Source of the DNA: Negaprion brevirostris
Lineage: Eukaryota
Length of the DNA stretch: 64,000 nucleotides
Direction of reading: 5' to 3'
Assembly: GCA_030324005.1 (NCBI GenBank)
Contig: JARDVH010000124.1
Location: forward strand, 50,895,029-50,959,028
Shown here: positions 11,712 through 23,726 of the stretch, one piece after another
How the letters are laid out: every line of letters begins with the position of its first letter
How positions within the stretch are numbered: position 1 is the first letter of the stretch
Made by a program: the position numbers and the translations under genes
Notes under the pieces: model-generated
What the model was told of the DNA's origin: nothing
Databases searched by the model: none
Seen by the model: the letters and a program-made list of their open reading frames with translations, nothing else

Positions 11712-14110
11712 ACACAAATAGAAGCAGGAGTTGGCCACCAGGCCCTTCAATACACTCATGGCAGGTCTATGCCAGCTTCAATTCCTTTTCTGTGTCATTT
11801 CCCCAGAGGTCTCTATTCCCTGATCTATCAATACTTATTCGTCTTCACTGTGAATGCTTCTAATGTTCCAGTCTCCATCATCGTTGGGGCAGAGAATTCT
11901 GGAGATTCACCACCCTCTGCAAGGAGGAATTTATACACACCTCAGTTTTAAATGACCAGCTCTTTATCTTGTATCAATATCCCTTGGTTTGTGTCTCTCC
12001 CACTCATGAAAACATTTCAACATTTATCCTATCAAGCCCCCTCAGGGTCTTAGATGCTTGAATAAGGTCATCCTTTACTCTTCTAAACTGCAAGGAATAC
12101 AGACCCAGACTATTTAGTCTCTCTTGATTGGACGACCCTCTCCACTCCCAGGAATTAGCCTGATAAATCTGACTGCCTCCAATGTTACTACATCCTTTTT
12201 AGATAAAGGGATTTAAACTGTATGCAATATTCCAGGGTGAGGCCTCACCAACATCCTGTACAATTGCAACATAACCCTCCCTATTTTTAAACTCCAATCA
12301 CTTTACAATGAAGGCTAAAATGCTGTTTGCATTCTTAACTACTTGTTGGACCTGCCTGCTAGCTTTTCATGATTGATGCACTGGAACACCCTTTTCACTT
12401 TGTATTTCACTCACCTGCAGTCTCTCCATTTAAATAATAATCTGCCTTTTGATTTCTCCTACTCAAGTGCATGACCTCACACTTCCTCACATTAAACTTC
12501 ATTTGCCAGTTTTCTGTCTAAGTCACCCAATCTATCTATATTCCTTTGCAGAAGCACAATATCCTCATTACAACATGCTCTACCACCTATCTTTGTATCA
12601 CTGGCAAATTTGAAAACCTTACCCCAGGTCATTAACATAAATTGAGAACAATTGCAGGCGATGTGGTGCTCCACTATTACATCTTTTCACTCTGAAAAGA
12701 ACCCATATATTTCAACTCTCTGTTTCTAAGTGACATGCTAACACGCTTCCTCCAATTCCATTGCCTTTTACTTAATGCACCAGCCTCTGAGGTAGCACCT
12801 TATCAAATGTCTTTTGGAAATCTACGTTAACTACATCTACAGATTCCTCTCTATCTACCCTCCTTGTTACATTCTCAAAGAATCCGAGCAAATTTGTCAA
12901 ACATGATTTAACTTTCATAAAACCATGTTGACTTGGTTTGATTTATTCAGCTTTCCTAAATCATTAGCTTTTTCTTCTTTGATTATTGACTCCAACGTTT
13001 GGCCAATAGTAGATGTGAAACTAATTGGTATATAGCTTCTGCCTTTTTTTATTTTTAAACAAGGGAGTCACATTTGTTGTTTTCCAATCTTTCTAGTTCC
13101 TTCCTGGAATTTAGCAAAAAATTTCAACCAATGGGTCCACGAACTCTGCATCCACTTCCATTAAAACCCTATTTTGCAGTTCATCGGGTCCTAATGATTT
13201 GTCCACATTGAGCCTGTCCAGTCCCTCTAAAACTCTATCCCTTGTGATTGGGATTTTTCAAAGTTCAGCCATGTTATGTGAAATCAGCCCATCTGATATC
13301 ATCCAGATTTTCGCAATGTCTTCCATGGTGAAAAATTTATTTAGCATATCTGCCATTTCTTTGTATGCTGTTATTAATTCACCAGTGGTGTCCAGTAGAG
13401 GTCCCACATTTACCATAGTCACTCACTTCCTATTTAAATGCACTGAAACTCTTACTGTTTGTTTTTATGCAGATTTTTTTTCTCAAAATTCATTTTCTCC
13501 TTATGAGCTTTTCAGTCTTTTGCAGCTGGGTTCTAGATACTTCCTAGTCCTCTGGTCTACCAATATTCCTTGCCGCTTTGTATAGCCTGCTTTTCAATTT
13601 AACATTACTCTTGACCTTGAGTGTTAACTATGGATTTTGCATCTTTCTTGTGGAATCCTCTTTCTGATTGGGATATATTCCTGCTGAGCATTTTGGATCA
13701 GCTGTTTGAATATGCTGCTCAGCCACTGACCTGTACCTTAGCTTGTTTATCCAGTTCACTTTGCATAACTTCTCCTTCATATCATGATAATTGCCCTAAT
13801 TTAAGTTGAAGACCCTGGTCATAGACCTAGGGTGTTCACCCTCAAACTGTATCTGGAATTCTATCATACTATGATCATTAATCCCGGTGGGATGCTTAAA
13901 TGCCAAATCCCTTATTAATCATTTTTCATTGCACAAAACCAAATCTAAAGTAGCCTGTTCCCAGGTAGGTTCCACAACATACTGTTCTAAAAAGCAATCC
14001 CTGATGTACTCCACAAATTCTTCTTCTACACTACCCTTGCTGGTTTGGTTAATCTATTTGCAAATAATATAAACAAATTAAAATCTCCCATGATAACTGC
14101 AGTTCCCTTC
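11712..14110 (-). mobile_element. Long decayed CR1-type LINE (endonuclease remnant through 3' tail)
   Basis: ORF fragment KFASDTKIGG; minus-strand DFQKTFDKV (caccttatcaaatgtcttttggaaatc), QHGFMK, YVVEPTWEQATLDLVLCN and MGDFN. Confidence 0.88.
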
Positions 14111-14114
14111 CCCT

Positions 14115-14302
14115 GTGGCACACAAATGGCACTGACTGTGATGCAAGATGGCACACAAATTATGCTGACTGCAGGGCAAAGCAACACACAAACAGTGCTG
14201 ACTGCAGGGCAAAGTGGCGCAAAAATAGCACAGGCTGTGGAGTAAAGCTACACCAACTGCAGGGCAAAGCGGGAACAAACGGCGATGACTGTGAGGCAAA
14301 GC
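14115..14302. repeat. Degenerate 33-bp minisatellite, about 5.5 units
   Basis: Units start at 14115, 14148, 14181 and 14214; consensus approximately GTGGCACACAAAYRGYGCTGACTGCAGGGCAAA. Confidence 0.85.
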
Positions 14303-14479
14303 ACCGCATCGAGGACGCAAACCCCAGATCTAGGACATCTCATTCTAATCCGACAGAATAAATTGGAAAGCTAAAAACCCAAACATTTGAACAGTTTTGA
14401 GTGAATTGACAAGACCACAGGATGTTTCATGAACATGCAGCACTGTCCCAGCAAAAACTGGGACGTCTGGGCACTATCA

Positions 14480-14925
14480 AGATAGTGCTGTTTCACCCAA
14501 CAGATGCAGGAACTTAGTAAGGAAAGGCTGCATAAACCTGTATTGATTGTCTTCAGTTTAGAAGATTAAATGAGGGGGTGATCCAATTCTCTTTGAAATA
14601 ATAGACAGTGATTGCAAGTGTATATCCATGCAGATTAAATATTTCCAGTGTTGGGGGACTCCAGAGTAGGGGAAAAACATTAGAATTAGGTTATTTAACA
14701 GTGAAACAAATAAGTTTTCCTTCTTTAAATCTGGAATTCTTACCCCCCAATAACTTGATGCTGGGTTAACTGAAAATTTCAACACTGATGCTGATGCACA
14801 GTTTTTGTTTCATTAAAACTATCAGAGAATATGGATCAAAGTCGGGTGAAATGGAGTTGATGTACAGAACACCCATGACCTAACTAAGTGGCAGAACTGG
14901 CTTAATGTGCCAAATAGTTTATTTA
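14480..14925 (+). mobile_element. Old CR1-type 3' fragment
   Basis: gaagattaaatgagggggtgatc...tctggaattcttacccc... CR1-like terminal pattern. Confidence 0.55.
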
Positions 14926-16395
14926 TAGTCCTATGGAAAAGCTGTGAAGTAATTACTAAAATTCTTCCCCTTTCAAACAATTCATCAGAGCAGTTTGCTA
15001 GCTTTTTATTCTGGTAGATTGATGTATGAACAGAATTTAAATTTAATTCTACGAGAAAGGCCTGGGAGAGAATCATTAATTTGTCTGGAGTTATTGCATG
15101 GCTGGAAAAGCTGCATTCCAGGTTTCTTTCCAACAAAACTTGACTGCAATTGGAACATTATATGGCAAGAAATCTGTCAAACATGAGAAAAAGAACTTGA
15201 GAACTTTCCTCCACATGATCCCAATGAAACAACAAAATAATAGGCTTTACTTGAGAAAGAATTAGCCAGATGTTTTCTCACATCAAAAAACTCCACTCAC
15301 CCTATTTTTAAACAGTAGGTCAACAAACTACCTCCAGTCAATTATTACAGGGCAGTATGCTGACGACCTTTTCTTGATCCTATCAATGTGCCTGAAATTT
15401 CATTTTAATAGTCATGCAGTATTTGCACTGCCACAAGTCTGAATGATTCCTAACTGTGAACTTTGCTCCAGTTATGTTCTTCATTTACAACCCCCAAACA
15501 TTAGCAGCATTTAAATTCTGTGACAAAGGCATGGAACTCAACAATCATTAAGTTAATGATTTACTTTGATCTATTTTGGTGCATTGTGACACTGAAGCAT
15601 TCACTACCCTCGATCTTCTCCAGGTCATTCTTTTGTAGTTCCCCGTAACTTCCAAATACTCAGGGTTGCCGGGTCATTTTCCCTTCATAAAAATTATAAA
15701 ATGGATGGATTAAAAACAGTCAAACATATAACTAGAAAAGCCTAACCCTTCAACTGTGTTATCTGAACTCAATAAGAAATTGCAAAAAATCAGCAAAGGT
15801 TTATCTGGCAGATTAAAATGCAGCAAATTTTTGTTTCGTATAAATGGTTGTGTGTGGGGGAAGGGTGGAGAGACTAAATGATCTGTTTGCTTATCTTACA
15901 GGACCAATTTAAGAAAAAAACAATGGACATATTTATGCCAAAACCGACTGTCTGTCAGCCATCTGCTCAATTGATCCACATCTTGGCCCTATAATTATTA
16001 GTAAAACTTCTATTATGCAAGTCATCTCATGCAAGACACTTCNNNNNNNNNNAACTTACAAACACAAAGCCACATCCTATCTGTCTGTGTAACAGCACAC
16101 CTCGTAGCTTTATCAACGCATTGCAACTGCTGATTCTTTTCCCTGATAAACTCGCTTTATAAGTGAGTGATGGAATTTCAGCTGTGCAAGTATCTAGAGC
16201 AGTGTAATGGTTATAAGCTTCCCTAAATCTAACCTAGACAAACAGCGACAGAAAATCTACTTTATTTGCAAATGACAATTAACTTGTGGAGGTGTAGCCA
16301 TGCATACAGCAAGATGGAGGGTTGCACTTTTGCACTCAAAGCACTGAAACCTGAATACACGAACAGAACAAAACACCCTGGCTTATAACTCATCA

Positions 16396-16535
16396 GAACA
16401 CCAGGTTAAAGTCCAACAGGTTTATCTGGTAACAAAAGCCACTACCTTTCAGAGCGCTACCCCTTCGTCAGGTGAATGGGAGTTCAATTCACAAACAGGG
16501 CATAGAAAGACACAAACTCAATTTACAAAATAATG
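16396..16535 (-). mobile_element. 3' terminal fragment of the same Penelope-like element family as 22.6-23.6 kb, running into a gap
   Basis: Reverse complement aligns closely by eye to about 23442-23581. Confidence 0.9.
16439..16475 (-). ncRNA. Minimal type I hammerhead ribozyme motif (PLE-associated), probably impaired
   Basis: Minus strand reads TCAC-CTGACGA-AGGGGTAGCGCTCT-GAAA-GG-TA-GTGG: core boxes, stem II and stem I (TCAC/GTGG) are present. Confidence 0.7.
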
Positions 16536-16635
16536 NNNNNNNNNNNNNNNNNNNNNNNNNNNNNNNNNNNNNNNNNNNNNNNNNNNNNNNNNNNNNNNNN
16601 NNNNNNNNNNNNNNNNNNNNNNNNNNNNNNNNNNN

Positions 16636-16742
16636 GTCCATGTAGACAACATCAACTGCACTGTCCTCATCTACCTTCTTGGTTACCCCTTCAAAAAACT
16701 CAATCAAATTTGAGAGACATGATTTCCCACTCACAAAGCCAA
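16636..16742 (-). mobile_element. Young CR1 RT fragment abutting a gap
   Basis: GFVSGKSCLSNLIEFFEGVTKKVDEDSAVDVVYMD. Confidence 0.9.
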
Positions 16743-16744
16743 AT

Positions 16745-17300
16745 AGTATGTCACCTTTATTACAAGGAGGTTTGAACAAAGGAATAAGAAAGTCTTGCTG
16801 CACTTATATAGATCATTGAGACCATACCTGGAGTATTGTATGCAGATTGATGGCTCCTTACTATAGCAAGGATGTACCAGCCATAGAGAGGATGCAACTT
16901 ATATCAGGATGGCAGGATTGTCCAATGAGGAAAGATCGAGACTCAGTATATATTCTCTAGATTTTGGAAAATTGAAATGTGATCTCATTAAAGCTTACAA
17001 AAGTTCAAACATGGATCAACAGGGCGGATGGAGGAAGGATCTAGAACCACAATACAGTCTCAGAATAAGAGGTAGGCCATTTAGGAGAAATTAGGAGTTT
17101 CTGCAATTCTATCTCAGAGGGTTGTAAAGGCTCAAGTTATTGAGAATGTTCAAAGCAGAGTTTCATTTCTGGGTACCTTCGCTGCCAAAGGATACAGGCA
17201 TGACGCAGGAAGATGACACTGAGGTGGAAGATCAGCCATGATCTATTAAATGGCAGAGCAGGCTTAAGGGGCCAAATGACATTCTCCTCTTTGTATGTAC
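16745..17300 (+). mobile_element. Older CR1-type LINE 3' fragment
   Basis: gagaccatacctggagtattgtatgcag (RP.LEYC.Q) and tail agcaggcttaaggggccaaatgac. Confidence 0.8.
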
Positions 17301-18743
17301 TGACTGTTCTTCAATCAAATCAGCAACTTCACCATGCTACAAGATCACATCTGCTGATTAATGTAGAAAGAAGAAATAAAGGCAACATTGTAAATCAAGA
17401 TTCTAGATATTATAGACCACCTAGAGTGTCGAATCATTAAAACACCATTTATCATCAATAGATGTCGTTATTATGGCAACATTCGAGGCCCTGAAGAAAC
17501 ATTTTTATCTGGGGCTGGATTAACCCATTTCCTATCAGACCATTTTAGCCTTGATGGGATCGATGATACGCTCTCAAATGTTCCTCAGCTGTATAATAAA
17601 AATAATTTTCTTTGAAATATACCTCTAATTACTGCTTAACTTGAGCTAAGCTATATGTTCTTCAACGCAAGGGATGCCAGCACTGGAGATCTAAATTTTT
17701 TTAAAATCTTTTTTACTATTTAGACAGTCACTTGGTAGTACAAGAATTTAATATTGCTGAAAAGGGAGACATGGTGCAGAAGCTTTTCATCTTGCAGCCA
17801 TCTGCACAAATGCAAGAATGGCAAATTTCAAACAAGCACAGCGATTTGCATTATGAGAGAAAAAGATGTTGATCTGTTGGCAAGTCAACTCCAGTCAGCA
17901 CTTTGTTGCTATGGGGAAAGCAAGAAGCAACTATAAGCTTTCCATGCTTCAGAATAATTCAATATTCAAAATTTAAAAATGGCAAACGGCTTAAAATATT
18001 TCTTATTTTTACAGAGAACTGGTCCCTGCTTATGAATGTAAGTCACTTCTAGCAAATGTAAATGAGCCACGTTATGAATTCAAAAACTTAAACTTTTTGT
18101 TAGTGTTGGTATTAGCACATTCATGATTGTGTAGGTGCTGTCCAATTGGTTGACTGAATCAAACAACATTGTCCTCCAACTGTTAGTAATAATCAGTATA
18201 CAAGTTGTATTCAACCAGCCCATGCTTGCAAAACACAAAAAATGTCCACTGTTAGTTATGATTCCACAATTAGGCAATACTTGCCAACAATCCTGCCTGT
18301 GCAAATACCTAAACAAATAACCAATTTAAGATAATCAACTAAGCTCATAACATGGCTCATTCGTGCTGGCTAGAAGCAACTTACATTTAAATGAATGGAC
18401 TCCTTCTCTGCAAACATATGTTCAACCCTCATAACTTCTCCAAATTACCCAGAAGCAAGGAGAACTATAATTCCCCATTGTTTTCTTCATGACAACATTT
18501 TGGCGAGAGTCAACTTGCCAAAACAACCAGTGTCCCTTTTCTCCTGCAGGATAAATTATGGTCATTCAGAATTTGGCATTCTGGAATTTGATGTGATGAG
18601 TGCAAAATAAAAAGATGGAGAACAGGTCTCTCTTTTCAATCACTGCCACATGGAACAAATACAAATATTCAACTGACTGATTGAGCAAGACTGTAAAATT
18701 GTTCTGTGATTCCACTGTGAAAGACCAATGGTCTAGTCCATTG

Positions 18744-19470
18744 TGTGATAATGCTGTGCCTTTAAGAAATGGACGTATATCATGTTTCTTGCAAAGAGTA
18801 TGTTTAAAATTCAGCTCTGTTTTACACGGTGCTAATTTGTCAGCAAAACAGGCAGCTCACATGCTGAGAATGCAGGCTAATGACTGATTTTAGTATGCGA
18901 AGTGTTTGTTTGAATCTGAGTGAATGTATTTGTGTTTATTTGTTTTTTCCACTGGATTTCATAATAGGGTTTGATTAGCAGGGTCATATGCTAAACGGCA
19001 GAGCTAAGCTCACAGGGAAAAATAGTTCTCTTTGATTTTAAAACAGTTTCTGCTCGGTTTTGAAAGAAGCAAGAAGTCTTTCTCTCCCTCTGGAGGTTGT
19101 TGTTTGGGGCCCAAGAAAAGTATGTCTCTCTCTTTCTCAAGGTGTTCTAGAGCCTTGAGGCGTGGCAGCCCAAGCACATAAGCCTGTGTGTTGCTAACTG
19201 ATTTTGAAGAGGAATCTAAGCCTATTAGAGGAATATTGCTTAAATTGGAACTAATAGAGATAGATTAGCAGTTAAGAATTGTATCTTGTCATGTTTAAGT
19301 GTTCCAATTGATAAAAGTTAAACTAATTCATTCATTATGGTTAAAATGTATTGTTAAATAAAGCTTATTTTGATCTAATCACACCTGAAGTGAAACTCCT
19401 TATCTTCACAATAACGCTAAAAATTAAATTGTTAGGGTATAATCCGGCTTTATGTTCAGGTACCCTAACA
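18744..19470 (+). mobile_element. Solo LTR (Gypsy-like), 727 bp
   Basis: TGTGA...TAACA termini flanked by a perfect 4-bp direct repeat ATTG (18740-18743 and 19471-19474); AATAAA at 19357-19362; shares its 5' motif CTGTGCCTTTAAGAAATG with the element ending at 61315. Confidence 0.82.
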
Positions 19471-20687
19471 ATTGTATCCCCAATTCTGCCTTTCTAAAAT
19501 TGGGAGATCAAGGTAAAGTGGTAAGCAATGGAAATTTACAAGACTAAAAAAGACTGAGAAAATATCAGGAAATGTAAGATCTCACTGGTAATCGCCAGTA
19601 AATAAATAAATCATAAATTGAGAGGCGCAAAGTATTTTTTAAAAATCCATAAAGCAGCAGAAATGTTGTGCACAGTTATTGGGGAACAGAAGAAATCAAA
19701 ACATAAAAACAATCAAGAATGTGTAAAACTCCTGAATAAAAACTAATGGCTATTTGATATGATTGGCAACTTTTAGACTATTTGTCTGGACCAGTTTGGA
19801 CTGATTTTTAACTTAAAATCTCTAAAGCTATTGAAGGCAAGGAAGCAAACCTGCAAAACCAAGGGGGTGACATTGATTAAGCATAGTCAAGCAACCAGGT
19901 GGGCTGGGAAAAAAGTGAACTGCAGGTCAGGAAGCTGGGTGCTGCTCAGCAGGAACTGGATGCAATTAACATTAAGTTTGTTCAGCGGCACTGCAGGCCT
20001 TTTTACTAATACAAAGGTGTTTGGCCATATAAAACAATTATCAGCAAGCACTTCCTAATCTAAAATGTATTCTGTATTTATCAAACCCAAGAAAAAATGC
20101 AACTTTTGCTCAACTCAATAAAATTATTGGAGAGAAAAGAAAATAGCCTGCATTACATAAAATGCTTGCAAACCGTGCATTAATTTTTTTGGCAAGTGCA
20201 TTTAAGAACATTATCACGTTACAACTGACAATGTACCTGTATATTATTGTGACCTATAAATGCAATTTCATTTATCATTTATTTGTGGAATCAAGCTATA
20301 TAAAATGAAAATTGAAAAAAATGATAGATGATGGTCATCTGGTTTTACATTTTTATCCTTGTTCTTCTGAAGATGGTGATGGTTCATGCAAGGTACAATT
20401 CTTCTGGTACTTTACTCAAGCGACAACTTTTCACAGTTGTCCCAGAAAGGCATATCACCACTGATTACTTGACATCAAACAGAGCTACCTTTCTTCACCT
20501 GTTGCCTAGGGATTCGGACAATACCCACTGTTACCCTGAAATTAGTTAACTCAATGTTAGCCAAGAACAAAACTCAAGGACTGACTGCTTCATATGTCGC
20601 AGTGACCAAGTCAAAAATCAGAAGATCGGTTACAACTTTTATCAGTTTTTAGGAAAATTATTACCAAATGAGAACATCAATTCTGAT

Positions 20688-20982
20688 GGAGCACGGTGGC
20701 ACAATGGTTAGCACTGCTGCCTCTCAGTGCCAGGGATCTGGGCTCAGTTTTGGCCTTGGATGACTGTGTGGAATTTGCACAATTTCCCCATGTTTGCATG
20801 GGTTTCCTCCGGGTGCTTCGCTTTACTCCCAAAGTCCAAAGATGTGCAAGTTATGTGGATCAACCATGGTAAAAGCTTGGGGTTACAGGGATAAGGTGAG
20901 TATGGGTAAGATGCTCTTACTGAGAGTCAGTGCAGATAGGATGGACTGAATGGCCTCCTTCTGCTCTGTAGTGATTCTATGG
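20688..20982 (+). mobile_element. HE1-type V-SINE
   Basis: gcacggtggcacaatggttagcactgctgcctc...gggtttcctccgggtgc...gaatggcctccttctgctctgtagtgattctatg. Confidence 0.9.
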
Positions 20983-22129
20983 TAATTTATCATGTTAGTG
21001 CCATCAGATCTCATCATTTCAGGAGATAGTGATAGGTTAATGTAATTTGAGAGACAAAAATTAACAAATATACTTACACAGATATAAAAATTGTACATGA
21101 TTTTGCTCTTGACAATGAAATGTCATGATATCCAAAATTTCCAGTATTATGACTGGGTTGAAACATGACAATTTGTGACATTCTCACAAAAATATTAGAA
21201 CAAAAGAATATCATTGCAAAACGTAGGATTGCTTCCTTGTTCTTTTAACAACATTGCACGTTAATACCACCATGATAAACAGATTGCAATCAAGTTGGAG
21301 CAAAAGAGACTTGCAAAATAAAACGAATAAAACTACACATTTGCTTACGAGTACAGCTTATCCTGCGCAATCTTTCTTTCTGAAACATCTATACTAAATC
21401 AATGAAACCAAATTACAAATACTGAAAATTTGGACAAAAGCAATACCTCTTCAAACAACTGCCCTGAAGAGCATCATCCACACTCAATATTATTGAAACA
21501 GTAGATTGTTAATTCTTGTACATTAATTGCTGGTCCCACACACATCAGGAAAAAGGGTCTTGAGGGAGGATGAAGAGGCAACAAATTCAAGAAAAAAAAC
21601 TGTTCAACACCAGCAAGTTGCTTCTTCTATTGCAAATCTTCAAAATGCATTCCTGTTCACTGAGTCAATGATACCAATTCCGCAAGGTGATCATATTTCA
21701 CCTTATCCAAACAAACTGCAGATAATAATGTTTGGACCAATGCTTTACTGCTAATTCTACTGAAACAAAATACTTCACCGGAAAAAGGGGCAACAAAATT
21801 TATCAGTAGAGATATAAAAGTGCAGTGGTGATGGGGGTGAAGGGCAATAAAATTTCACCATGTGTGCAGACTACTGATTTGACCAACCATAAAAGAATAT
21901 ATTAAGTAGATTACAGACACTGAAGCTGGATAAAACATTTGACCTGTCTTTATAACACAGTTTCAAAAGACAGTGGGCACTTGAAAGTTATTTTCTTTAA
22001 AAATATTATTGAACACGTTGAAGTGGATTCAAGTATTGAAAATTTAACTCATTGTTACTGAAGATGGAAGCAGGCTATTTGCAGACCCAAAATTCTCATG
22101 AATTGTGAGAATTCCAGAATTCGATTTCA

Positions 22130-22620
22130 TAGTCAATTAATTATTTTTGCTAAATGTAAACCAACCAACTTGATTGTGTTTTTAGATGAGATAAAGAGTT
22201 GATGAAATTAATGCAGTTCATATGATTGATGCACATTGACATGTGGTCGAAAAGCGATTTAAGTGCCATGAAATTGGCTCATCAGCAAATGAAGTCCATG
22301 GAACAGAAGAGGCAAAGGCAGCACAGATACAAAATTGGTAAAGTGACAGGAGAGAGAGACTATTGGTGAAGAATTGTTTTTCATACTGGAAGTTGCGGTT
22401 TCCAGGGGATGGTTCGAGGGCCACTATTTTTCCTGATACATATTAATGACTCAGATGTACATTGCAAAATTGCACATTTTCACAGTAATTTCATTGCAGT
22501 GTTAATGTAAGCTTATTTGTGACAGTAATAAATAAACTTAAACTTGTAGATGACAGAAAACTTGGGAGTAAATTGAACCATAAAGAATAGTCATCAATTT
22601 GAAGTACAGGTAGGCTGGCA
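22130..22620 (+). mobile_element. Old CR1 RT fragment, with a SINE-tail piece inserted at about 22478-22545
   Basis: Degenerate CR1 RT segments; the insert ttttcacagtaatttcattgcagtgttaatgtaagc...aataaataaactt matches the tails at 33.0-33.1 and 56.7 kb. Confidence 0.6.
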
Positions 22621-22639
22621 GAATGAGTCGATGGTCCTC

Positions 22640-23630
22640 AGCAGACAAACATGGGACACGGCGAACAGAGTACCCTTCGTCATCCAGTACTTCCCCAGAG
22701 CGGAGAAGCTACATCATCTTCTCTGGAGCCTTCAACATGTCATTGATGAAGACAAACATCTCACCAAGGCCATCCCCACTTCTTGCCTTCAAACAACTGC
22801 ACATCACACAGACCACTGTCTGCAACAAACTAACCAGCCTTCAGGAGAATAGTGACCGAGACACCACACAACCCTGCTACAACAGCGTCTGCAAGACATG
22901 CTGGATCATTGACACGGATGCCATCATCTCATGTGAGAACACTACCCACCAGGTACATGGTACGTACTCTTGCAACTTGGCCAACATCGTCTACCTGATG
23001 CGCTGCAGGAAAGGATGTCCAGAGGCATGGCACATTAGGGAGACCATGCAGACGCTACAACAACGGATGAATGAACACCACTTGACAATCACCAGGCAAG
23101 ACTGTTCTCTTCCTGTTGGGGAACACTTCAGCAGTCACTGGCATTTGGCTTCTGATATTCGGGTAAGCGTTCTCCAAGGCGGCCTTCACGACACACAACA
23201 GCACACAGTCGCTGAGCAGCGACTGATAGCCAAGTTCGGCACACGAATACGGCCTCAACCAGGGTCTTGGTTTCATGTTACACTATCTGTAAATCCCCAT
23301 GACTTGCCTGGACTTGCAAAATCTCACTAACTGTCCTGTGTGGAGACAATACACATCTCTTTAACCTGTGCTTAACGCTCTCTCCACTCACATTGTCTAA
23401 ACCTTTAAGACTTGATTACCTGTAAAGACTCGCATTTCAATCATTATTTTGTAAATTGAGTTTGTGTCTTTCTATGCCCTGTTTGTGAATAGAACTCCCG
23501 CTCACCTGACGAAGGGGCAGCACTCCGAAAGCTAAAGGCTTTTGCTACGCAAATAAACCTGTTGGACTTTACCCTGGTGTTGTGAGACTTCTTACTGTGT
23601 TTACCCCAGTCCAATACCGGCATCTCCACA
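22640..23630 (+). mobile_element. 5'-truncated Penelope-like retroelement: linker plus GIY-YIG endonuclease (frameshifted) and 3' terminal repeat
   Basis: RVPFVIQYFP...; PLLAFKQ...PCYNSVCKTC...YSCNLANIVYLMRCRKGCPEAWHIRETMQTLQQRMNEH...VGEHFS. The VY-YIG-like motifs, RxxEH and Cys/His cluster are typical of PLE endonucleases. Confidence 0.92.
23502..23538 (+). ncRNA. Minimal type I hammerhead ribozyme motif (PLE-associated)
   Basis: TCAC-CTGACGA-AGGGGCAGCACTCC-GAAA-GC-TA-AAGG: intact core, stem II GGGG/CTCC and palindromic AGCT stem III; the 3' strand of stem I is mutated relative to the other copy. Confidence 0.72.
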
Positions 23631-23726
23631 GTATAACTCATCCTGTCCTGCAGAGAGTCAATGAAAAATGATCATTTTGTCAAAGAATCAGAAGCACGTG
23701 GTATCCATGAAACAGTGCTTGAACAA

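Noticed and set aside
14045-14320. ORFs with 11-aa repeats, or a CRISPR-like array
   Set aside because: Contiguous degenerate 33-bp units with no unique spacers, an early stop and no convincing exon boundaries; treated as a minisatellite.
21463-21500. CTGAAGA...GAAAC hammerhead-like spacing
   Set aside because: No convincing stem I, II or III pairing.
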